The notes: generated by a model from the letters alone, not told the origin. 64,000 nt of DNA from Clostridia bacterium (GCA_045636425.1 JAZTXM010000006.1:8784-72783); one strand, 5' to 3'; positions 1-10,346 are shown, numbered from the stretch's first letter. Numbers and translations: made by a program.

Positions 1-95
1 AAAAGGGTGAAATTCCAAAAAAAGCACAAATGCTGAATAAAAAACGCCTCTTTGTCAAAAATGAAATTAGTAATACTTAGAAAAGGAGGCGTCAC

Positions 96-767
96 ATGCC
101 GAAAAAACGCATATATGCCATAGCTTCTGCGACAATTTTGCTTTTTGCCATATGCCTGAACGTGCTTGCCGTATCAAAAAACGGCTCTCGCGGCGAAGAA
201 GTACGCAAAATTCAGACGAAGCTGAAAAACTGGGGATATTACAACGGAAGTGTAGACGGAGTTTACGGCTGGCAGACCGAAAGTGCAGTCCGAAGCTTCC
301 AAAAGAAAAACGGACTCAGCGTTGACGGAGTTGCAGGAACAAAAACCCTTAATGCAATGGGCATCTATTCTTCTTCAGCTTCTTCGGGGGGAGGAGGCTC
401 ATCTTCTTCGCCCAATGAGGCAAATATTGAGCTTTTAGCACGGGTAATTAACGGGGAAGCCAGAGGCGAGCCTTACGAGGGGCAGGTTGCCGTAGGTGCG
501 GTGGTGCTAAACAGGGTGGACCATCCCTCTTTTCCCAATTCCATTTCGGGTGTAGTATATCAGAAGGGGGCTTTTACCGCCGTAGATGACGGGCAGATAA
601 ATGCCGAGATGTACGCAAGCAGCCATCGTGCCGCACGTGATGCATTAAACGGCTGGGACCCTACAGGCGGAGCAATTTATTATTACAATCCCAGGACGGC
701 GACAAATCAGTGGATAAGAACAAGGGAAGTTATATGTACTATAGGTGAGCACGTGTTTTGTAATTAA
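96..767 (+). CDS. sleB: Spore cortex-lytic enzyme SleB-like (N-terminal peptidoglycan-binding domain, Ser/Gly linker, C-terminal Hydrolase_2 domain)
   Basis: Signal peptide; PG_binding_1-like motif (GVDGVYGWQTESAVRSFQKKNGLSVDGVAGTKT); SleB-type catalytic domain (ARVINGEARGEPYEGQVAVGAVVLNRV); RBS AGGAGG before ATG. Confidence 0.75.
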   Translation: MPKKRIYAIASATILLFAICLNVLAVSKNGSRGEEVRKIQTKLKNWGYYNGSVDGVYGWQTESAVRSFQKKNGLSVDGVAGTKTLNAMGIYSSSASSGGGGSSSSPNEANIELLARVINGEARGEPYEGQVAVGAVVLNRVDHPSFPNSISGVVYQKGAFTAVDDGQINAEMYASSHRAARDALNGWDPTGGAIYYYNPRTATNQWIRTREVICTIGEHVFCN

Positions 768-814
768 CTTGGGAGCGACGATAACCGGCACCATTTTTGA
801 GCCTTTTTGGATAC

Positions 815-862
815 TGAAAATCAAAAACGGTGTGTAAAAAGTTAAACTTTTTACACACCGTT
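815..862. terminator. Bidirectional rho-independent terminator between convergent sleB and yerC-like genes
   Basis: Perfect hairpin aaaaacggtgtgtaaaaag...ctttttacacaccgtttc flanked by A/T tracts on both sides. Confidence 0.7.
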
Positions 863-866
863 TCTT

Positions 867-1148
867 TTACATTTTCTCAATAACCGCCCTATATCCTCCG
901 TCGCCATAATTGAGGCAGCGGTTTACGCGTGAAATTGTTGTGGTAGATGCCCCCGTAGCACTCACAATTTCGTTGAAGGTTTTTCCCTCCAACAGCATCT
1001 TTGCCACCTCAAGCCTTTGCGACATGGTTTCAAGCTCTTTCATTGTGCAGATATCTTCGAAAAATAATCTGCACTCCTCCTCACTTTCAAGAGAAAGTAT
1101 TGCGTTATATAATTCTTTAAAGTCATTGGGTTTTGTCATATTCATCAA
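867..1148 (-). CDS. YerC/YecD family TrpR-like DNA-binding protein
   Basis: 93 aa; matches the YerC/YecD small HTH family (LFEDICTMKELETMSQRLEVAKMLLEGKTFNEI). Confidence 0.65.
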   Translation of the reverse strand: MMNMTKPNDFKELYNAILSLESEEECRLFFEDICTMKELETMSQRLEVAKMLLEGKTFNEIVSATGASTTTISRVNRCLNYGDGGYRAVIEKM

Positions 1149-1153
1149 TTCCT

Positions 1154-1969
1154 TTAATTTTCGATTAATTTGTTAAGGAAATGGCGTGTTTTCTCGTTTT
1201 TTGGTTTATCGAGAACCTCTTCGGGAGTTCCATCCTCAAGCACAACGCCGTCAGCCATAAATATAATGCGGTCTGAAACGCCTCTTGCAAATTCTATTTC
1301 GTGGGTTACGATAACCATGGTTACATCCTTTTGGGCAAGGTCGCGGATAACTCTGAGTATTTCACCCGTAAGCTCGGGGTCAAGGGCGCTGGTAGGCTCA
1401 TCAAAGAACAAAACCTTGGGATTAAGTGCCAATGCTCGTGCAATGGAAACACGCTGCTGCTGTCCGCCCGAAAGCTGACAGGGGTAGTGGTTTGCTCTGT
1501 CGGAAAGACCTACACGTTCTAAAAGTGCCTTTGCATTTTCTTCTATTTGGGCATTGATTTCTTTTTTCTTTTCTTTGTAATCGGGGCGTTCCTTTGCTAA
1601 AAGCTTTGGTGCCAGGGTTACGTTTTCAAGAGCTGTATATTGCGGGAACAGATTGAACGACTGGAACACCAGCCCGAAATGAAGCTGATTTGCTCTTATC
1701 TCCTTTGCAGTCAGCTTTTTTTGTGCACTGCCGTCAAAAATACATTCACCGTCCACAAAAATCTGACCGCCGTCGGCGTCTTCAAGGAAATTTATACAGC
1801 GGAGAAGCGTGGTTTTACCGCTGCCGGAAGAGCCGAGAATACTCATTACCTGTCCCTGCTCAAGAGAAAAGCTGACATCCTTTAGTACTTCAACCTTTCC
1901 GAAGCTTTTTGTTATATTTTTTACTTCAAGCATACTCATATCTGTCACCTCACCATCTGTAATAGTCAA
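1154..1969 (-). CDS. Polar amino acid ABC transporter ATP-binding protein
   Basis: Walker A GSSGSGKTT, ABC signature [15 protein letters not shown], Walker B LFFDEPTSALD. Confidence 0.85.
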   Translation of the reverse strand: MTITDGEVTDMSMLEVKNITKSFGKVEVLKDVSFSLEQGQVMSILGSSGSGKTTLLRCINFLEDADGGQIFVDGECIFDGSAQKKLTAKEIRANQLHFGLVFQSFNLFPQYTALENVTLAPKLLAKERPDYKEKKKEINAQIEENAKALLERVGLSDRANHYPCQLSGGQQQRVSIARALALNPKVLFFDEPTSALDPELTGEILRVIRDLAQKDVTMVIVTHEIEFARGVSDRIIFMADGVVLEDGTPEEVLDKPKNEKTRHFLNKLIEN

Positions 1970-2594
1970 GCTTCTTTTCTAAATAAGCAAACAGAAGCGT
2001 GAGAATTCCTACAAACGCAAGGTAGAAAACAGCCGTGTAGAAAAGCGGCCACATCAAGCCGTAGCCTGCAAAGTTCTGTGCTGCCTGAATAAGCTCCACT
2101 ATCATAATCGTACGGGCAAGAGCCGTATCCTTAACGAGAGTTATAACCTCGTTTGACATAGGTGCAAGTATACGCTTTATTACCTGCATAAGTATTATTT
2201 TAAAGAATACCTGCGTCTTGGTCATGCCGAGAACCTGGCCTGCTTCATACTGCCCCTTGGGGATGCTTTCGATTCCGCCTCTGTATATCTCGGAAAAGTA
2301 GCAGGCATAGTTTATTACAAAAGCCGCTATAACGGAGGAGAAGCGTGTAAATATGGGCTGCCCCAAAACAAAGCCCGGTACATAGAACAGTATAATAATC
2401 TGCAGCATCAGCGGAACACCGCGGATTATCCACACAAAAGTTCTTATAAGATAAGCCAAGGGCTTAAATTTTGCCATTGAGCCGAATGAAATTATCAAAC
2501 CTAAAGGAAGCGCTAACACGAGTGTTAGCGCAAAGATTAAGCAGGTTTTTTCAAGACCGGCAAGTAAACTTAAAGTAACGTTCCAAAAATCCAT
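1950..2594 (-). CDS. Amino acid ABC transporter permease
   Basis: Multi-TM protein in an operon with the ATPase and binding protein; EAA-like loop. Confidence 0.8.
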   Translation of the reverse strand: MDFWNVTLSLLAGLEKTCLIFALTLVLALPLGLIISFGSMAKFKPLAYLIRTFVWIIRGVPLMLQIIILFYVPGFVLGQPIFTRFSSVIAAFVINYACYFSEIYRGGIESIPKGQYEAGQVLGMTKTQVFFKIILMQVIKRILAPMSNEVITLVKDTALARTIMIVELIQAAQNFAGYGLMWPLFYTAVFYLAFVGILTLLFAYLEKKLDYYRW

Positions 2595-2619
2595 TATTAC
2601 TTTTTCCTTTATCTTTAGA

Positions 2620-3444
2620 TTAATCTATGTTTTCTGTCACCTGAATTGAGTTTTCGAAGCCATACTTCTTAGCAATTTCCATAAGCTTTCCATTCTCGGA
2701 AAGGGTCTTGATAGCTTCGTTTACCTTAGAAGTAAGCTCGCTTCCCTTCTTGAAGCCTACAGCGTAGATTTCGCTGTCAAGCTCTATCGCCTCTGCAATG
2801 GCAAGGTCCTTATAGTCGCCCTGACCGCAGATATTCTTTGCAAGGATAATATCAACAACTGCAAAATCAACTGCACCTGACTTAACTTCTGAGAAAGCAT
2901 TGATCTGTGCTGTTGTAGAGAAAATCTTGTCAGCATCTGTAACTGTGGATGCATAGGATGCACCTGCACTGCCACCCTCTACGCAAGCTGTCTTTCCCTT
3001 GAGGTCAGCTTCGGATGTGATTGCAGCGGCATTTTCTGCCTTTGTTACAACACACTGCTGATTAAGCATGTAACCGTATGAGAAGTCAACAAGGTCTGAA
3101 CGCTTTACGCTTGCACCGTTTACCTCGTCGGAGGAATTAGCTGTGAATCCGTTCCATACGCAGTCGATTGCACCGGAATTAAGTTCGTTGTATTTCTGAG
3201 CCCAGTCGATAACCTGGAAGTCAACATCCATACCGATGATTTTTCCGACTTCCTGAGCAAACTCGGTTTCAAAACCTGTCCATGTGCCGTCTGCTTCCTG
3301 TTCATTCATCTTTTCGAAAATAGTAACACCGCAAACAAGTGTGTCCTTTTCATTTGATGCGTTGTTTGCCTTTTCCGTGCCGCAGCCTGCAAACATTGAA
3401 AAAGCAAGCATAAGTGTAAGTACAATTGCAAGTAATTTTTTCAT
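2620..3444 (-). CDS. Amino acid ABC transporter substrate-binding lipoprotein
   Basis: Lipoprotein signal (LAFSMFAGCG) and SBP_bac_3-like body; first gene of the three-gene transporter operon. Confidence 0.8.
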   Translation of the reverse strand: MKKLLAIVLTLMLAFSMFAGCGTEKANNASNEKDTLVCGVTIFEKMNEQEADGTWTGFETEFAQEVGKIIGMDVDFQVIDWAQKYNELNSGAIDCVWNGFTANSSDEVNGASVKRSDLVDFSYGYMLNQQCVVTKAENAAAITSEADLKGKTACVEGGSAGASYASTVTDADKIFSTTAQINAFSEVKSGAVDFAVVDIILAKNICGQGDYKDLAIAEAIELDSEIYAVGFKKGSELTSKVNEAIKTLSENGKLMEIAKKYGFENSIQVTENID

Positions 3445-3516
3445 AGTAAAAATCTCCTTATTTATTTAATGTATTATCATATTACCACTTTAGTGCGATA
3501 AAGTCAAGAGGAAATT

Positions 3517-5013
3517 TTACATTTTCCCTCTTTTATAAAGACCGCTTAGATTTTTGTAAAACGCCCTGTCTATACCCGAAAGGGCTTCTTCGGTAATTCT
3601 GAAGCACCAGTTTCCCTCTGCCACTCCGGGGTGATTCATACAGGTATCGGAGCCGAAACCGCACAAATCCTGAATAGGAACTATAGTAAGGATTGCGCCG
3701 CTCCTCCACAAGGTGCGGATTACACTGCGTATGGAATCGCTGTGAAATCCTCCCTGCCCCCAATCTCCGTGAAAATCGCAGTAATCCATAGCGTAGGCAC
3801 GGCTTTTCTCATCGGATTCCCACAGCCAGCCTAAAAGTGTATTGTTATCATGGGTACCTGTATATCCCACTGTGTTTTTAGTGTAATTATGGGGAAGATG
3901 CACCGTGTCATCATCGGTTATAAAGGCGAACTGCATTACGCCCATTCCGGGAAAGCCTGCTTCTTTCACCAGATTTCGCACATCGTCATCAATATCTCCC
4001 AAATCCTCGGCAATAATATTTGCATCGGGATATTTTTCTTTAAGCTTGTTAAAAAATTCGATTCCGGGCCCTTTTTCCCATCTGCCCTCGGTAGCCTTTT
4101 CCCCGGCAGGGATAGACCAGTAGGCGGAAAATGCACGGAAGTGGTCTATTCTTACGGCATCATACATTTTAAGAGCACAGCCAAGTCTGTTTATCCACAA
4201 ATCGTAGCCTGTTTTTTCAAGATTATCCCAGTTGTAAAGAGGGTTTCCCCATTTTTGTCCGTCCTCGCAGAAATAATCGGGGGGCACTCCTGCACATCTT
4301 TTAAGGTTCATATCCTCATCCAACGAGAAAAATTCGGGGTTTGCCCACACATCGGCACTGTCGTGTGAGAGATAAATAGGCATATCTCCGATAATGGAGA
4401 TACCTTTTTCGTTTGCGTACTTTTTCATGCTTTCCCACTGTGAAAAGAATTCGTACTGCAAAAATTCGTAAAAAGAAATATCCTCGGAAAGCTCCGCCTT
4501 TGCCTTTTCCAGGGCATCACTGTTGCGAAGCTTAAGACCCTCATCCCACTCATACCAGGGGAGGAGAGAATTTTTTTCTTTAAGAGCACAGAAAAGAGCG
4601 TAGTTCTCCACCCACGGATTTTTACTGCAAAAATCCGCAATTTCGCCTTTCATTTCCTCCGAAAGGCGTGAATATGCCCTGCGGAAAATTTTCTCTCTGG
4701 TGTTTTTTAAAAACTCATAGTCCGTTACATATATATCGGAGGATTTACATTCCTCCACATCGCTTTTTGTTAAAAGCTTTTTCTCCATAAGTATTTCGGG
4801 GTCAATAAAATAGATATTCCCTGCAAAAGCACTCTTTCCGCTGTATGGGGAGTTATAGTCATCGCAGGGACCGCAGGGCAGTACCTGCCATGCCCCAAAT
4901 GAGCAGGAGGATAGAAAATCTATAAAATCGCTTGCTGCCTTTCCCAGTGTTCCTATGGCAAAAGGACCGGGGAGGGAGGAAATGTGCATCAATACACCGC
5001 CGCATCTTTTCAT
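3517..5013 (-). CDS. malQ: 4-alpha-glucanotransferase (amylomaltase, GH77)
   Basis: N-terminal GVLMHISSLPGPFAIGTLG typical of MalQ; 498 aa. Confidence 0.85.
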   Translation of the reverse strand: MKRCGGVLMHISSLPGPFAIGTLGKAASDFIDFLSSCSFGAWQVLPCGPCDDYNSPYSGKSAFAGNIYFIDPEILMEKKLLTKSDVEECKSSDIYVTDYEFLKNTREKIFRRAYSRLSEEMKGEIADFCSKNPWVENYALFCALKEKNSLLPWYEWDEGLKLRNSDALEKAKAELSEDISFYEFLQYEFFSQWESMKKYANEKGISIIGDMPIYLSHDSADVWANPEFFSLDEDMNLKRCAGVPPDYFCEDGQKWGNPLYNWDNLEKTGYDLWINRLGCALKMYDAVRIDHFRAFSAYWSIPAGEKATEGRWEKGPGIEFFNKLKEKYPDANIIAEDLGDIDDDVRNLVKEAGFPGMGVMQFAFITDDDTVHLPHNYTKNTVGYTGTHDNNTLLGWLWESDEKSRAYAMDYCDFHGDWGQGGFHSDSIRSVIRTLWRSGAILTIVPIQDLCGFGSDTCMNHPGVAEGNWCFRITEEALSGIDRAFYKNLSGLYKRGKM

Positions 5014-5014
5014 A

Positions 5015-5758
5015 TTAGAATACCTCCGTAATTTGCTGAATCAGATAATAAACAAGGGGGATAAACATAGAGGGAAGCATGTTGGCAAGCTTAAGCTTCG
5101 GCTTATACAGAAAGTTAAAGCCGATTCCCATAATAAGTATACTTCCCACAAAGGACATTTGTGCAATAACCGTTTCGGTAAGAAGCGGTGCAAGGAAAGA
5201 TGCACAAAGCGTTATAAGCCCCTGATAAAGTGCAATTGTAACACTTGAAAACATTACCCCTATTCCCAAGGTTGAGGCAAAGACCATTGCCATAATCATA
5301 TCTAAAAGGCTTTTGGTAATAAGAATGGTAGGATCGTGAAGAATCCCATCGTTAAGAGAGCCTAATATTGCCATCGAGCCTACACAGAACACCAAAGACG
5401 CCGTAATAAATCCCTCGGCAAAGGAGGATGAGTCCGAGGAGAATTTTTTCTGAAAAAAGCTTCCCATATCATCAAGCCCTTTTTCGATGTTAATAAGCTC
5501 CCCAAGCAGTGTGCCCAAAGCCAACGATATTACCATAAGTATTATGTAATCGGACTTCAAAACACCTTTTTCGCCTACACTGCAACAAGCGGTGATTATC
5601 CCCGTCAGCCCGATTGTCATTGTGGCAAGAGCCAGAGCCTGGGTAAGGCTGGTTTTGAGCCTTTCAGGGATTGCTTTTTTAAGAAGAAGCCCCAAAAGCG
5701 AGCCTATTATTACTAAAATAATATTTATCATTGTACCTGTTCCGGGCATATAAATCAT
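5015..5758 (-). CDS. DUF554 family membrane protein
   Basis: Polytopic membrane protein with an N-terminus (INIILVIIGSLLGLLLKKAIPERLK) typical of DUF554/YqgA. Confidence 0.55.
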   Translation of the reverse strand: MIYMPGTGTMINIILVIIGSLLGLLLKKAIPERLKTSLTQALALATMTIGLTGIITACCSVGEKGVLKSDYIILMVISLALGTLLGELINIEKGLDDMGSFFQKKFSSDSSSFAEGFITASLVFCVGSMAILGSLNDGILHDPTILITKSLLDMIMAMVFASTLGIGVMFSSVTIALYQGLITLCASFLAPLLTETVIAQMSFVGSILIMGIGFNFLYKPKLKLANMLPSMFIPLVYYLIQQITEVF

Positions 5759-5891
5759 TCCTTAAATAAAATATAATCCTATTCTATCAAATCCGCGAAG
5801 AATATACAATAACGTTTTCGGCTTTTTTTTAAATCTTCTCAAAGAGTGTAATTTTTGCTCGTTTACCGCCATATACTGCACTGACGAAAGG

Positions 5892-6767
5892 ATGAAGAAT
5901 ATGTACGTAAACGCATTTACACAGCACTTCCCCGTAAATCTTACGGAAACACTGCTCATTATGGGGACAAAGGACATGCAGGAGATACGTCTTTGTGCGG
6001 ACAAAAATGCGGCGGTAATAAAAAGCGGAAGGCTTATGGACACAGGAGTTCATATCAGCAAAGAAGCTCTTGACAAAATTATTCAGTCCATGTGCCGGGG
6101 AAGTATGTATGCCGTGCAGACAAGCCTTGTGCAGGGATTTCTCACTCTTTCGGGAGGTCATCGGGTAGGAGTATGCGGCAGGTGCGTAACTGAGGACGGA
6201 AAGGTTACACACCTTACTGATATTTCCGCCATTTGTATACGGGTGGCAAAGGAAGTTAAGGGTGCGGCAGATGAAATTATGGAGTACCTTGAATGTAACG
6301 GCCGGCTTTACAATACACTTATAATATCCCCTCCCGGATGCGGAAAAACCACATTGCTTCGGGACATTGCACGTAGAATAGGAGATAACCACAAGGTCTG
6401 CATTGCAGATGAAAGAAGCGAAATTGCCGCATGTAAAAAGGGAATTCCCTCCTATGACGTGGGAAAATACACCTGCGTTATGGACTGCGTGCCCAAGGCA
6501 GAGGGGATTTTAATGATGCTAAGAACAATGTCACCCGATGTTATTATTACAGATGAGACGGGAAGCCGCAGTGAGGGTGATGCCATACGCAGTCTTGTAA
6601 ACTGCGGAGCAAAAATAATAACCACAGCCCACGGCTACAGCGACAGAAGCTCCGAAAAATATGCCGACAGGGACATTTTTGAAAGAATTATAATATTAAG
6701 CGGACGAAAAGGACCGGGGACAGTGGAAAAAATTATAACGGACGGTAGGGTGATAAGACGTGCTTAA
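5892..6767 (+). CDS. spoIIIAA: Stage III sporulation protein AA (ATPase)
   Basis: Walker A PPGCGKTTLLRDIARRI; first gene of an 8-gene spoIIIA operon. Confidence 0.85.
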   Translation: MKNMYVNAFTQHFPVNLTETLLIMGTKDMQEIRLCADKNAAVIKSGRLMDTGVHISKEALDKIIQSMCRGSMYAVQTSLVQGFLTLSGGHRVGVCGRCVTEDGKVTHLTDISAICIRVAKEVKGAADEIMEYLECNGRLYNTLIISPPGCGKTTLLRDIARRIGDNHKVCIADERSEIAACKKGIPSYDVGKYTCVMDCVPKAEGILMMLRTMSPDVIITDETGSRSEGDAIRSLVNCGAKIITTAHGYSDRSSEKYADRDIFERIIILSGRKGPGTVEKIITDGRVIRRA

Positions 6768-7239
6768 ATTAATCGGAAGTGCTTTGGTTTTTCTTTGTGC
6801 TACATATATGGGAATGAGTAAATATCAGGAACTGTATAAGCGAAAAAGGGTGTTAACGTCAATAAGGGACGGAGGCATAAAAATCCGTGATAATTTAAGA
6901 TGCATGTGCATGCCTCTTTATGAATCTTTCCTGTCTTCGGGAGAGTTTTTTGAACTTGCCGCATCAAATATCCGAAGCGGCCTGCTCCCGATGGAGGCGG
7001 TAAAAGAGGCTTGCCGAGGTAACCGCTATTTAAGAGAAAGGGACAGGGAGTGCATACAAAGATTTGCCGAGGGGCTTAGTGCAGGGGACTGTAAGGGGCA
7101 GCTTGCCAACGTAGAAATGTTTATATCGGAAATGGACCAATGTGTTGAGCATGCAGAAAAGGAGCTTGGCACAAAGGGCACTCTTTTCATAAAAGGGAGT
7201 ATTCTTACCGCGGCAGCGGTAGTATTGCTGATGATATAA
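6760..7239 (+). CDS. spoIIIAB: Stage III sporulation protein AB
   Basis: Operon position; size; overlaps the spoIIIAA stop. Confidence 0.7.
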   Translation: MLKLIGSALVFLCATYMGMSKYQELYKRKRVLTSIRDGGIKIRDNLRCMCMPLYESFLSSGEFFELAASNIRSGLLPMEAVKEACRGNRYLRERDRECIQRFAEGLSAGDCKGQLANVEMFISEMDQCVEHAEKELGTKGTLFIKGSILTAAAVVLLMI

Positions 7240-7252
7240 AGGGGAAAAGCGT

Positions 7253-7447
7253 ATGGAAGTTCAGTTGATTTTTCAAATTGCGGGAATAGGCATTATTGTT
7301 GCCGTTATGAATATACTGCTTTCCAAAAGCGGCAGAGATGAACAGGCTCTTATGATAACCATAGCAGGGCTTGTGATAGTCCTGATGATGCTTGTAACAA
7401 AGATTGCACAGCTTTTTGAAACTGTAAAGACGGTGTTTGAGCTATGA
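7253..7447 (+). CDS. spoIIIAC: Stage III sporulation protein AC
   Basis: 64-aa two-TM protein, typical SpoIIIAC. Confidence 0.75.
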   Translation: MEVQLIFQIAGIGIIVAVMNILLSKSGRDEQALMITIAGLVIVLMMLVTKIAQLFETVKTVFEL

Positions 7448-7830
7448 ATATAACCGAGATAACGGGTGCGGCAATATGCATGTCGCTACTGGCACTCATA
7501 GTGAAAGGAATAAAAAGCGAAACGGGGCAGATGATTTCCATTGCGGCGGCTCTTGTCATTATGGCGGCGGTTATCCCCTATGCAGTCAGGATTGTTGACG
7601 CGGTAAAAGACCTTGCCGCCTACAGCTCCATGGGGGAAAAATATATAAAACCCATACTTAAAATTACGGGAATTGCATATATTACCCAGATAGGAAGTCA
7701 GCTTTGCGAGGAAAACGGGGAAAAGGCAATGAGTGCAAGGGTAGAAGGTGCAGGAAAGATTGCAATAGCCGCCGTAACCCTCCCTATAGCAAAGGAGGCA
7801 TTTTTAAAGATTATGGAAATACTGACATGA
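7444..7830 (+). CDS. spoIIIAD: Stage III sporulation protein AD
   Basis: 128-aa membrane protein; operon position. Confidence 0.75.
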   Translation: MNITEITGAAICMSLLALIVKGIKSETGQMISIAAALVIMAAVIPYAVRIVDAVKDLAAYSSMGEKYIKPILKITGIAYITQIGSQLCEENGEKAMSARVEGAGKIAIAAVTLPIAKEAFLKIMEILT

Positions 7831-8858
7831 CAAAAAACATACCAACGCCTACCCTTACCCCCTCCGCAGCGGAAAATATTGAAAAGCTTTTCGGGGATTT
7901 AAGCTTTGAAGAAATAGTAACGGACATTACAGACGGAAAATTCTCGTTTAAATCGGGAGGATTGATAAATACCCTTACAGGCCTTTTTTTCGGAGAGCTT
8001 AAAACGGCTTTCAGCTTAGTGGGAGGCATTGCCGCCTTGATTCTTCTATGCTCCTTTATCAATAATCTTCACCGTAGCTTCGGGAAAAATGCTTTAAGCG
8101 AAGCAACGGGCTTTGCCATTTTTCTGTATATAGCAACCGTTGCCGCAACAATATTTGAAAATGCAGGAAGCTTTGTGACCGAGACTCTTAAAGATATTAC
8201 TCTGCTGGTGCATAGTATTCTTCCGTCAATGTCACTTTTGTGCGTGTCGGGGGGAGAGCCTATGGCGGCAACGCTTTCGCACCCCGTTATATTTTTCATA
8301 TGTAGCTGCGTGGGAAGCCTTATTAAAAATATAATTACGCCGCTGGTGCTTCTGAGAGCCGTGTGCAGCCTCTTGTGCGCTGTTACGGGAAATGAGGCTT
8401 TAGAGGAATTTGCAGGGCTGTTTGCCAAGGTGCATAAAACCTTGCTTGCCTTCTCCATGTCATTATTTGCAGGAATTTTAGGGATAAGCTCCTTTGCCGC
8501 GGCGAGCTTTGACAATCTTGCCGCGAGAGGGGTGAAATTTGCCATAAGTGCTTCCGTCCCCGTTGTGGGAGGCTCTATTTCGGAGGCAATGAGCTCCGTG
8601 GCAGGAAGTGCCATGCTTCTTAAAAATGCAGTGGGACTAGGCGGTGTAATCCTCCTTTTCGGCATCTTCGCTCTGCCGCTTCTTAAATTATGGGCACTAT
8701 CCCTCTCCCTCAGGCTGACGGCGGCATTTACTGCCCCAATAAGCGAAAAACGGATTACGGGAGTGCTGAAAAAACTGGGAGAGTGTATAGATATGCTGTT
8801 TTCCTCCATTGCCTGTATGGGAACGATTATGATAATAGCAATAGCTTCGATATTGTAG
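7827..8858 (+). CDS. spoIIIAE: Stage III sporulation protein AE
   Basis: Start moved to ATG at 7827, which overlaps the spoIIIAD stop (ATGA). Polytopic membrane protein. Confidence 0.8.
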   Translation: MTKNIPTPTLTPSAAENIEKLFGDLSFEEIVTDITDGKFSFKSGGLINTLTGLFFGELKTAFSLVGGIAALILLCSFINNLHRSFGKNALSEATGFAIFLYIATVAATIFENAGSFVTETLKDITLLVHSILPSMSLLCVSGGEPMAATLSHPVIFFICSCVGSLIKNIITPLVLLRAVCSLLCAVTGNEALEEFAGLFAKVHKTLLAFSMSLFAGILGISSFAAASFDNLAARGVKFAISASVPVVGGSISEAMSSVAGSAMLLKNAVGLGGVILLFGIFALPLLKLWALSLSLRLTAAFTAPISEKRITGVLKKLGECIDMLFSSIACMGTIMIIAIASIL

Positions 8859-8865
8859 GTGCATT

Positions 8866-9309
8866 ATGCGTGAGTATATGAAAAACTTAGGGACAATAAT
8901 GATGATGATTGCCCTTTCAAATATGTTGATACCCGAGGGGGGTATAAAAAAGTTTGCCTCCCTGGCAACGGGCTTCATGCTGATAACTGTGGCAGTAGCC
9001 GTAGTACCGAAAAATGTATCGGAATTTTCCTTTTCCTCGCCTGCATATACCTTTGACGAAAAGAGAATGGAGGAGGCGGAAGAAAGGTACCGTCAGCAGG
9101 TTATTGAAAACCACAGGGAAAATATCGAAAAGCTGATTTCGGAAAATTTTGTGCATCCCTCAAAAGCACAGGTGGAAACCGACAGAGAGGGAAATATAAA
9201 AAAGATAACACTGTATGTACACGGTGATGAAAGCCGTGCAATCTCCTATATTGTAAACGAACTCAGCTTTCCCAGAGAAAGGATAAGTATTGTATATGAA
9301 AAAAATTGA
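8866..9309 (+). CDS. spoIIIAF: Stage III sporulation protein AF
   Basis: Operon position; N-terminal TM segments. Confidence 0.65.
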   Translation: MREYMKNLGTIMMMIALSNMLIPEGGIKKFASLATGFMLITVAVAVVPKNVSEFSFSSPAYTFDEKRMEEAEERYRQQVIENHRENIEKLISENFVHPSKAQVETDREGNIKKITLYVHGDESRAISYIVNELSFPRERISIVYEKN

Positions 9310-9718
9310 CAAAATTTTCGGGGATAAAAAGACAAATGCATTAATATATATAATATTAGCAGTGGGAATACTTATGCTTGCAGGCGGAAACGGTTTTTTA
9401 CACAGCGATACGGATAATAAAGCATTGCCTGGGGCGGTAAGCGAAAATGCCGCAGAGGAAAATCTCAGGCAGATTCTCTCGGAGATTGACGGCGTGGGAG
9501 AAGTCAGCGTAATGCTTTGCGAAAGTGAAGTTGCTCCAAAAGAGGAGCAAAGCGTTTTTTCCTCCTCGGACAAAGAGTATAAATCCGTTATAGACGGGGT
9601 ACTGGTAGTTGCCGAAGGCGGCAAGGATGCGGCAGTCCGTGAAAAAATTATCCGTGCGACAAAGGCCGCTTTGGGAGTGGATGCCCACAAAATTGAAGTG
9701 CTTGAAAGGATTGTGTAA
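9290..9718 (+). CDS. spoIIIAG: Stage III sporulation protein AG
   Basis: Operon position; single N-terminal TM segment. Confidence 0.65.
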   Translation: MYMKKIDKIFGDKKTNALIYIILAVGILMLAGGNGFLHSDTDNKALPGAVSENAAEENLRQILSEIDGVGEVSVMLCESEVAPKEEQSVFSSSDKEYKSVIDGVLVVAEGGKDAAVREKIIRATKAALGVDAHKIEVLERIV

Positions 9719-9721
9719 AAA

Positions 9722-10234
9722 ATGATGATGGTTGTTAAGAAAAAACAGCTTGTAGTTGCGGCTTTGGCTATTGTGATAGGAACGGCAGGATATCTTAATG
9801 CAGGGAAAAATCCTGTAAGTGAAACCTCGGGCGGCTATATGGGAGAAGCACAGCTTGTAGATTCCGACAGTATCAATGAAAGCAGTGAGGATTTTTTTGC
9901 CAGAGCCAGAATAGACCGTGAAGCGGGACGAAGCCGAAGCATAGAAACCTTTAACTCGATTATTATGAATGAAAACGCAGATGAAGCTGCAAAGGCGAGT
10001 GCCCAGCAGGGGGTTTTGCGGCTTGCTCAGAACACCGAAACGGAAAGTGCCATAGAAAATATTCTTCGGGTAAAAGGCTTTGAGGATGCGGTCTGCTATA
10101 TAAATAATGATATGGCAAACGTTGTGGTAAAAACACAGGTTCTGGACAGTACTGCCGCCGCAGTTATTTCCGAAGTTGTCACGGAGCAAAGCGGAATAGT
10201 TCAGGAAAAAATTAAAATTATGGAAATGAATTAG
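9722..10234 (+). CDS. spoIIIAH: Stage III sporulation protein AH
   Basis: Operon position; N-terminal TM segment; YscJ/FliF-like fold expected. Confidence 0.65.
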   Translation: MMMVVKKKQLVVAALAIVIGTAGYLNAGKNPVSETSGGYMGEAQLVDSDSINESSEDFFARARIDREAGRSRSIETFNSIIMNENADEAAKASAQQGVLRLAQNTETESAIENILRVKGFEDAVCYINNDMANVVVKTQVLDSTAAAVISEVVTEQSGIVQEKIKIMEMN

Positions 10235-10346
10235 GGGACCGGGCGGGACAAAATAAAGAAAAGACTTGATTATTTTTTACAATGGTGATAAAATAAGTAT
10301 ATCAATTCATTGTGTGCGTTTATGCATATGAAAGGAAGGATTATTT

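Noticed and set aside
5829-6392. 187-aa and 93-aa minus-strand ORFs overlapping the spoIIIAA 5' region and its promoter
   Set aside because: They lie antisense to spoIIIAA with no SD. The intergenic part more likely holds the forespore or mother-cell sigma-factor promoter of the spoIIIA operon, though I could not confidently match a SigE or SigG consensus
7704-7826. Upstream extension of the spoIIIAE ORF (MRGKRGKGNECKGRRCRK...)
   Set aside because: It overlaps spoIIIAD in another frame. The ATG at 7827 overlapping the spoIIIAD stop is the conventional coupled start and begins the recognisable SpoIIIAE sequence
8069-8809. 246-aa minus-strand ORF inside spoIIIAE. Similar antisense ORFs occur at 3850-4368 (malQ), 9398-10189 (spoIIIAG/AH), 27582-27983 (MFP tail), 43143-43712 (S-layer), 51397-52092 (dnaK/dnaJ) and 53076-53627 (prmA)
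   Set aside because: All lie antisense to confidently identified genes, lack RBS or start context, and have odd compositions typical of shadow ORFs
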